DNA from: Lingula anatina
Lineage: Eukaryota > Animalia > Brachiopoda
Direction of reading: 5' to 3'
DNA length: 64,000 nt
Assembly: GCA_051362555.1 (NCBI GenBank)
Contig: CM120640.1
Location: forward strand, 62,660,788 to 62,724,787
The notes beneath the pieces are model-generated. The model was not told where the DNA came from. It saw only the letters and a program-made list of their open reading frames with translations, and made no database searches. Positions within the stretch are counted from its first letter, which is position 1, and each line of letters opens with the position of its first letter. Shown one piece after another: positions 57,001-64,000 of this stretch. The translations under genes and the position numbers were made by a program.

Positions 57001-58178
57001 ACATATCTCTTATAACGGTCGAACTTGGACCCATCCTGGTTCTATGGCACACGCCCTTTTTGGACACCCTCCCCGTTTGTTATTTATCTTTCATAATTCC
57101 GTAGATGTGATGATATGCCAAACGAAACGATATGCTTTTTGTGAAGTGTCGACGAGCTATGACGAGGTGATAGTGAACAAGGGGTGAATTAGTGACATAG
57201 CCCGCCAATTTCCTGCATACACTGACTACCCTTGACATTTTTAACTGGCTTACTTGACCGAAAAATATGTAGTGGTGGACAGAACACCACGGCCACTAAG
57301 TCACACACCTAAAGGGTACCCCAAATGAATGAATACAAATGTTATGGAAGGACGTTATATATTTATCGTTCATTGTAGAATAATGCATCGCCATACCTTA
57401 TCATACCCGTATATAGGGATCCGGTTAACGGCAATTTCGCGAAGTACGTGTGTCATTATTAGCATAAAATGGAGAAAGCGACACTTAAATTACTGCCAAC
57501 GACATAACGCTTGGTTTGCATGATAAAGGCAAAAGAAAACATTTTTCATATCTTCCGAGACGGCTGACATTGAGATCACAAGTTCATTGAACTTAGACGC
57601 AGCATAAGAAAGGGGAGATAAAAAATGCGACTCGAGACGTGACATAAACGTTCCAAGAGAAATTTAAAAAAGAGCACGTTTATCACCCTGTGCTTGAAAC
57701 GGCGCTTTAGCGTAGAGGTTTGTTTCAAGTTATCTGTGAAGCACAGGGTGACATTTATACTCCTGATGGCCAATAAATAAATAAATAAAATGCAAAAATA
57801 TGTGGGGTGTAAGAGCTGTGCCTCGCTGAGTGCTGTACGCGCGTAGAAAAGAGATCAATCTAATCGCATATCTTTTTTTACATCTCCAGCATAAGAAAAA
57901 AGCGTCAAGTGCAATGAAAAAAAAAAAAGAATGATCCTACGTCACAGAATAGCAGGGAAATCATTTCTTACCTTTAAGCATTTTTTTCAAGTTTTTTTTT
58001 AATCAAAATCATCTAAAAATGGTCCTCCTAAAGTAACCTGTTCTTATAGCAATACATACAGGTATATCATAGCCTTCGGTGAGCATTAATTAATACAAAT
58101 CACAATACATACATGTATATAAAGAACGCGTCAAAATTTATAGAATTTCACTGTCTATATTTCAGATTGTTGTAAACA

Positions 58179-61100
58179 ATGGACTGGAGATTAATATTTG
58201 CAGTCCTTGTCGTCACAGTCCCGTACAGCACGACCCAAACTTGCCAGAGAACCAGGGTTGGGAAACTTGGCGGTAGCATCATCTTCGGAGCTGCTTTCAA
58301 CATCCACCAACAGGCCGTCGGAGGGCAAGGGTGCTCAGACCGCGTGAACGCTGACGCTATTCAGAGATTGGAAGCTGCGCATTTTGCTGTCAAGACTTTG
58401 AATGATCAGAGTTTTATGCCTGGAATAACTTTTGGTAAGTCAGATGTTAAACTTTTCTCCTGAATATGTACACGTAATTTAAATCATAAACTGCCTTTTT
58501 TGTCCAAGGTTTACATTTCCCAATAAAGCAAAAGAAAGTTTGACACAGGAGAAATTTATTCTAGAAAACTTTATTTCACATACTATTAATATTTTAATGA
58601 AATATTCCGTGTTCTCAAACTGCTTTCTAAAATGACATACATTATCAATATTTCCTATCGCCAGGGATAAGATCTTATGACGACTGTGGTATCGCGAGCA
58701 CGGGGGTGCAGAGAGCCCTTGATTATCTCTCGGAGAGAGAAAGCTACATAGATGAATCGGGAGAGGTTTGTCCTGCAGACGTCATGTTTCCAGGTAAAGG
58801 CTTCAAAATAAGACTTTACCGACGGGATAGTGTAGTGAATCCTTAACATCATAACTTAAAACTCGTTTTGACATTATAGCCTATTCCAAGGTCAAGATTT
58901 CTCTTTATTGCCGTTGGGTCCTATCATTAACAACAACAACAGGGTGCATATTTCATACAAAAATATTTTTGTCTGAAAGCAACACCGGTGAACTGTTTGG
59001 CAGTGTGGTTACAAAGGCATCAAGTCAAGTGGGATCCACTGTTGGAATTTAAAAGTATTTAATGAAAACGAATACCTTATTTTATGCCAGGTTTTATTGC
59101 CTCAATGTACAGTGGAGTGACGGCTAAAATCGCAACGTTCTTGAACAACATTCCAATGGCCACTGTGAGCTATGCTTCTCATAGCTTGGAACTCAGCGAC
59201 ACTAGCAGGTTCCCTTATTTCCAGAGACTTGTTCCTAGTGCCAGCACCTCTGTACAGGTAGGGATGTTTTTTTCTTTAAAATGGCCTAATTGATTTTTAA
59301 CTTGATGGTATATGTTGTATCAAACCAAATGAACATGAATGTATTTCAGCGCATTCACATACTGTAGATTTTACTGACGTTTTCTTAATCTTTTCTAAGT
59401 TAAAATTGTCTTCCATTTCAACTGTAATTAGGTTATACTCCTGGAGACTCAAATCTCTTTACGGAATGATAGATTCGCTAAACACATATGTCAAAGTTAC
59501 ACATTATTTAACTGGTCAGCGACACCTTTTCAGGTCCTGATGTCCATTCTGTCAAAACTTAGTTGGACCCACGTCTCTCTATTGGTTGGAAGCGATCCTT
59601 ACGCGCAAGATCTGAAGTCGTCTTTTCTTCATCTCGCTTCCCTGAATGATGTCTGCATAATGACAGTACAGTCTGTAGACAATGCGGACACTGCCATTAA
59701 TTTTCAAAGCGTCATTGCAGAGCTTGCCACAGCGTCTGCTAAAGGTACGAGTGTGAATAGCATACCAATAAGAACGTATACTGTATAATTGACAAGAATA
59801 ACACAGTGAAAACTAAAAGACATTTTTCAGTCACTGAATGCATAAGACAAAGAAAATAACGAAGTATTTAATCTTACTTGCAGGTGCACACGGGGTCATC
59901 ATCATGACAATTCCGGAAATCACAATGCGCTTTTTTGAGGCGGTGAAGTCACAGGCAGCTGTCCCGGGCGTCTCGTCTTTGCAGTGGATTATGGGTCTGC
60001 CATTCCACGACGAAGCCGCGTACTCCCACTTGAAAGACACAATTCGGGGATTGATCGCTTTCTATGAATACTCTGGGACTATTCCTGCCTTTCAGGAATA
60101 TTTCTTATCTTTAACACCTGAAAACAATACAGCAAATCCCTTCTTTGGCAGCTACTGGGAACAGGCAAGTACAAATATACATTGTGTATTTTCCTTTTTT
60201 ATGGCTTACACGTATATTTTATGATAACTTGATTTAATTAGTATACATACATTACGATAAAGCTATAAATCAACTGTTACCTTCACCCCCGAATCAAAAT
60301 ATGTATATTTTATGATAACCTGATTCAATTAGTCTACATACATTATGATAAACCTATAAATCCACTCTAACCTTCACCCTGAAATCAAAATATGTATTTT
60401 TTTACAGGTCAATAATTGCACTCTCAACGCGACTTGCGCTTCCTCACAAAACTACTCCCGTGCAGAGGATTACAAACAACAACAGTTTGTATCAGAAACA
60501 ATAGCCTCAGTGTACACATTTGCCCACGCTCTCAAATCCGCTCATACTGCCCTCTGTGGAGGTACCCCAGGACTCTGCGGGAATCTGGTGAATTTGTCTC
60601 CTAAAGAAATGATGAAATATCTTCGACAAGTGAAGTTCACCCATTTAGATGGCAGACCAATAGCATTTAAAGAAAACGGGGAGGCCATGCATACACAATA
60701 CGGGATCCAAAATATTCAGCTCACTGGATCTTCCTATGATATCGCAGAGGTAATCAAATTATTTCGGCTTTATTAGTTATACATTGTCGAACTAAAAAGA
60801 AGATAATATTGGACAAGACATCAGAGAAGAAAAGTGTGACAACAGACGCCATTATTCTAAACGATTTATTTAGAAAAATGCACTTTTCTGCAAACAAAAA
60901 TGTCCACATAAAATCATCTTTTTATTATAATTAATTGCAGGTGTGTTTTTTCTCGCAAGAATACTGTTCTTTAATGATGATAATTTTATCTTATTTCTGT
61001 ATGTGATACTGTAGGTAGGGACTTGGGTCGAAGGGAATTTAACCCTTACAGGCTCTGTCAAAATGTACGATAAAGATGGCCATGGTGTTCTTGGCTATAT

Positions 61101-63822
61101 CAACTCTACCTGTGACAATACTTGTACTTGTACCAACGTGCAGCAAGATAACAGGTGCGAATAAGATCAAATGTTGTGGTGTGCTTGAAAAGGATAAATG
61201 ATACACTTCAGGGGCGGATTTAGGGTGTCTTCTGGGTCTTCCGGAAGACGGTCATATTTTCAAGTTTACATTGGTGGGTATCTAATTTGTTCTGTCGGAA
61301 GACGGCCAAAAATGAAGAACGGATCAACAAAGATAATTTGGAAGACTGTCAGGAAAAAACTCTGAATCCGCCCCTGCACTTATGTACTTAATGTTTGTAT
61401 TCGTTCTTCTTTTACAAATATAGTTTTTTCTGCATTGAAAGGTTTCGATTTATAGAAATTTAATAGTTTATGATAAAAACCGAATGTACATGTATAGTCC
61501 TCGATATTGAATGGCGGTGGTTTCCGAATTAAATTGGTGATTCATTTTAAGACAAGCAATACGTTCAAATGCATCTGTGTCTTTGTATCGTTTTCCAGGT
61601 TTTCGAGATTTGATGACGGAGATGTTTTTATTTTGGGGATATTTAACATACACGACAAAGGTAAAGATGTGCAGGAATGCAGTAAGACAGTTCTTCAAAC
61701 CAACCTCATGGGGAATCTTGAAGCGTTTTTCTACGCTCTGGAGAAAGTGAACAATGACCCAACAGTCCTGCCCAATGTACGTCTCGGTGGTTTGGTTATG
61801 GATAATTGTCGGTTTCACCCAGATCGCGTGTTACGACAACTTTCCAGTATTCTGCTTAAAGATGTAAAAGTATTAAACTCCCAAGGAAAATCTATTCCAT
61901 TGTTAGGCGCCTTATCGGGAATTACAAGTGGATCTGCTTTGTATATAAATGATTTTTTAGACCAATACAGATTACCGCATATTAGTTTCACTTCATCGAG
62001 TGCTCTGTTGAGTGACAAAGCAAAACATCCACGTTTTCTTCGAGTTATTGGTTCTGACGTTGCGCAAGCCCAAGCGATGGTGGACATTGTTAAAACCATG
62101 AACTGGACATACGTGACCACAGTGTTTTCTGACTCGCCGTATGGTCGTTCAGGAATGAAACAGTTTTTAAAACTCGCAAAGAAAGAAGGTATTTGTGTTG
62201 CTACACAGGTGATGTTTGAAGAATATTTTGTCACTCAGCCACACGCGGTAGACAACATAATTCAATATATGATTGCAGGAGTTTTCCCAGAAGCTAATGT
62301 TGTCGTAATGTTCGTATCCGAATCTCACGCACGTGCAATTTTAGAAGCGAAAGAACGATATCTAGGAAACAAGACGAATAAAGTGATATGGCTGGCGGCA
62401 GATGCCTGGGGTCCGTATGAGTCGGTTCCGAGCGGCCTGGAAAAGATTGCTCGTGGAGCCATAACACTAGGTTTCCACACAGCCCCATCAGTGGAATTTG
62501 GCCAGTATTTACGCAATCTAACATTGGCTTCAAACACAAGAAATGTGTGGTTCAATGAATTTTGGGAGCAACATTTCGAGTGCGATCTCTCCGGAATTGG
62601 TAAATATGGCGTCGGTTGTTCCTCCAACTTGTCCCTCAATGCACACGACATTCAGCAGTACCAAGTGTCAGTTACAAATGTCGTCGATAGCGTGTACGTG
62701 TACGCGAAAGCACTGGAAATGTTCTTGAAGGATGCCTGCCCAGAGACACCGGATCAGTTGTGCAGCGAAGCGGCTGCCAGCCTGGATAGGGTCTTCAGCT
62801 ATATGAAAGGCTTGGAGTACAATGGGTCTTCTGGAATGAGAGTGGCATTCGATACGTTTGGCGATGGGGTGCCTAGATATGACGTGTTTAATTACCAAAA
62901 AGTAGGAGAGAATACCCATGGTTATAAAAAGGTGAGTACACGATAAATAACTCGTTGCGTATACACGTGCAACGCATAGCAAAACACTCTCCAGTCAAAG
63001 CATAACTCATCCTTCGATTTTTGTTTTCTCGATGTTACCTATAAATCAATAATCCTGTTACGACGACCAGTTTGAGTTTCAAATGTTTACTCAATGTCAC
63101 TCTTTTTTTTCATACAAATGTAAGGGTATCTCTTCGTGCTGGCTATGCTTTTTACCTATTTTCTCTCCAGCACCTTTTGCGTGATCTAGAAATAAAATGT
63201 TTGACTACATTGAATGCAAAGAAAATTTAACAATGCAAATAGTAATAGAATAAACGAATAAATGAGTATTATTTAACTGTGTTTTCAGGTAGGGACTTGG
63301 ATCGACAGCGTGCTGGACTTGAATGTCGAGAAATTATATTCGTACAGAAACAACGACACCGCCCTTTCTATGGCTAGCGATGTCATCTCAGTGTGTAAGA
63401 AATCACCGTGTAAATGTTCCACTGTGGAGGTAATGGACATGCCTTTCACAGAGCAATACACGGAGTTCACACTGTTAGGATACTTCCCGCTTCATGCCCA
63501 AGGTCGTGGGGATCTGCCCTGTGGAGAAATTCAGCTTGGTATGTACCAGCAGCTTTTAGCTTTCTACTACGCCATCGATCAGATCAACAAGAATGCTACC
63601 ATAATGCCTGGTGCCAAAGTAGGGTATATGGTATGGGATACGTGTTCCTCTCCTGCCCACGGCGAGTTTGTATTTGAGGGGTTTGACTTGAATCTCCGTT
63701 TATACAATCAGCCCCCGGATATTCCAATATTGACCCAAGTCCTGGCAATGATTGGAGGTTACCAAAGTGACGTCACAGCCTCAATCAGCTATGCAAACCA
63801 GCGCGGATATCATCTCGTACAG
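58179..63822 (+). CDS. Receptor with at least 3 tandem class C GPCR-type Venus flytrap (ANF_receptor/PBP1) domains; 3' partial
   Basis: Exons 58179-58434, 58665-58793, 59091-59257, 59534-59744, 59884-60164 (GC donor), 60408-60749, 61015-61154, 61599-62931, 63289-63822 give 1131 codons in frame. Signal peptide. Repeated mGluR/CaSR-like motifs: G..FNIH/FPLH, EA..FA/YA...N....P....G....D.C, SY/F.S.S..LSD....P.F.R, WT.V, C.., N..N..F..W, VY.FA.AL, VGTW. Confidence 0.9.
60212..60394. repeat. Two-copy tandem repeat, ~91-bp unit, filling most of the GC-AG intron
   Basis: Unit GTATATTTTATGATAAC.TGATT.AATTAGT.TACATACATTA...CCTTCACCC..AATCAAAATAT starts at 60212 and again at 60303. Confidence 0.85.
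61209..61376. mobile_element. MITE with CAGGGGCGGATT termini (hAT-like), 5-bp TSD
   Basis: CAGGGGCGGATT...AATCCGCCCCTG is a perfect 12-bp TIR; CACTT is duplicated on both flanks. Confidence 0.8.
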
Positions 63823-64000
63823 GTGATTTTACTCTCGTTTTTTATTTATTTTATTTTATTTCATTTTATTTATTTATTTCCTATCTCCCGAAAAGCATTT
63901 TCGTTTTAGTTTATTTGTAATTTTGGTGGAAGTGTAAGACTTAAACAGCAACATGAAGAGTCGTTTTCCATACAATGGTGGTTTAAAATACTCAAATAGG

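Noticed and set aside
55240-57800. CpG-richer region with short ORFs upstream of the multi-VFT gene
   Set aside because: No coding signature; it may hold the promoter or a 5' UTR exon (donor-like CAG|GTAAGA at 56169), but this is unsupported.

Overview
AT-rich, intron-rich animal genomic DNA, probably an invertebrate (lophotrochozoan/mollusc-like; inferred). I rebuilt exon chains by hand from splice signals and reading-frame continuity. The window holds three divergent housekeeping pairs: GTF2E1/RABL3, TANGO2/TXNRD2 and SNRPD3/GUCD1. TXNRD2 is a selenoprotein gene with a terminal GC-U-G, a type II SECIS and a U12-type intron. Between and after these pairs are three unusual genes. (1) A 5-exon, 464-aa protein fusing an N-terminal CARD-like death fold to a complete Rab-like GTPase ending in a CC prenylation motif, with a canonical NF-kB site just upstream. 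This is the best candidate for an undescribed system. (2) A receptor with at least three tandem class C GPCR-type Venus flytrap domains, running off the window end. (3) An orphan 468-aa two-TM membrane protein. Introns carry several MITEs, including a nested pair whose outer element keeps a RecQ-like helicase remnant, plus LINE fragments and a duplicated TANGO2 terminal exon. No database searches could be run, so family assignments rest on motif recognition.
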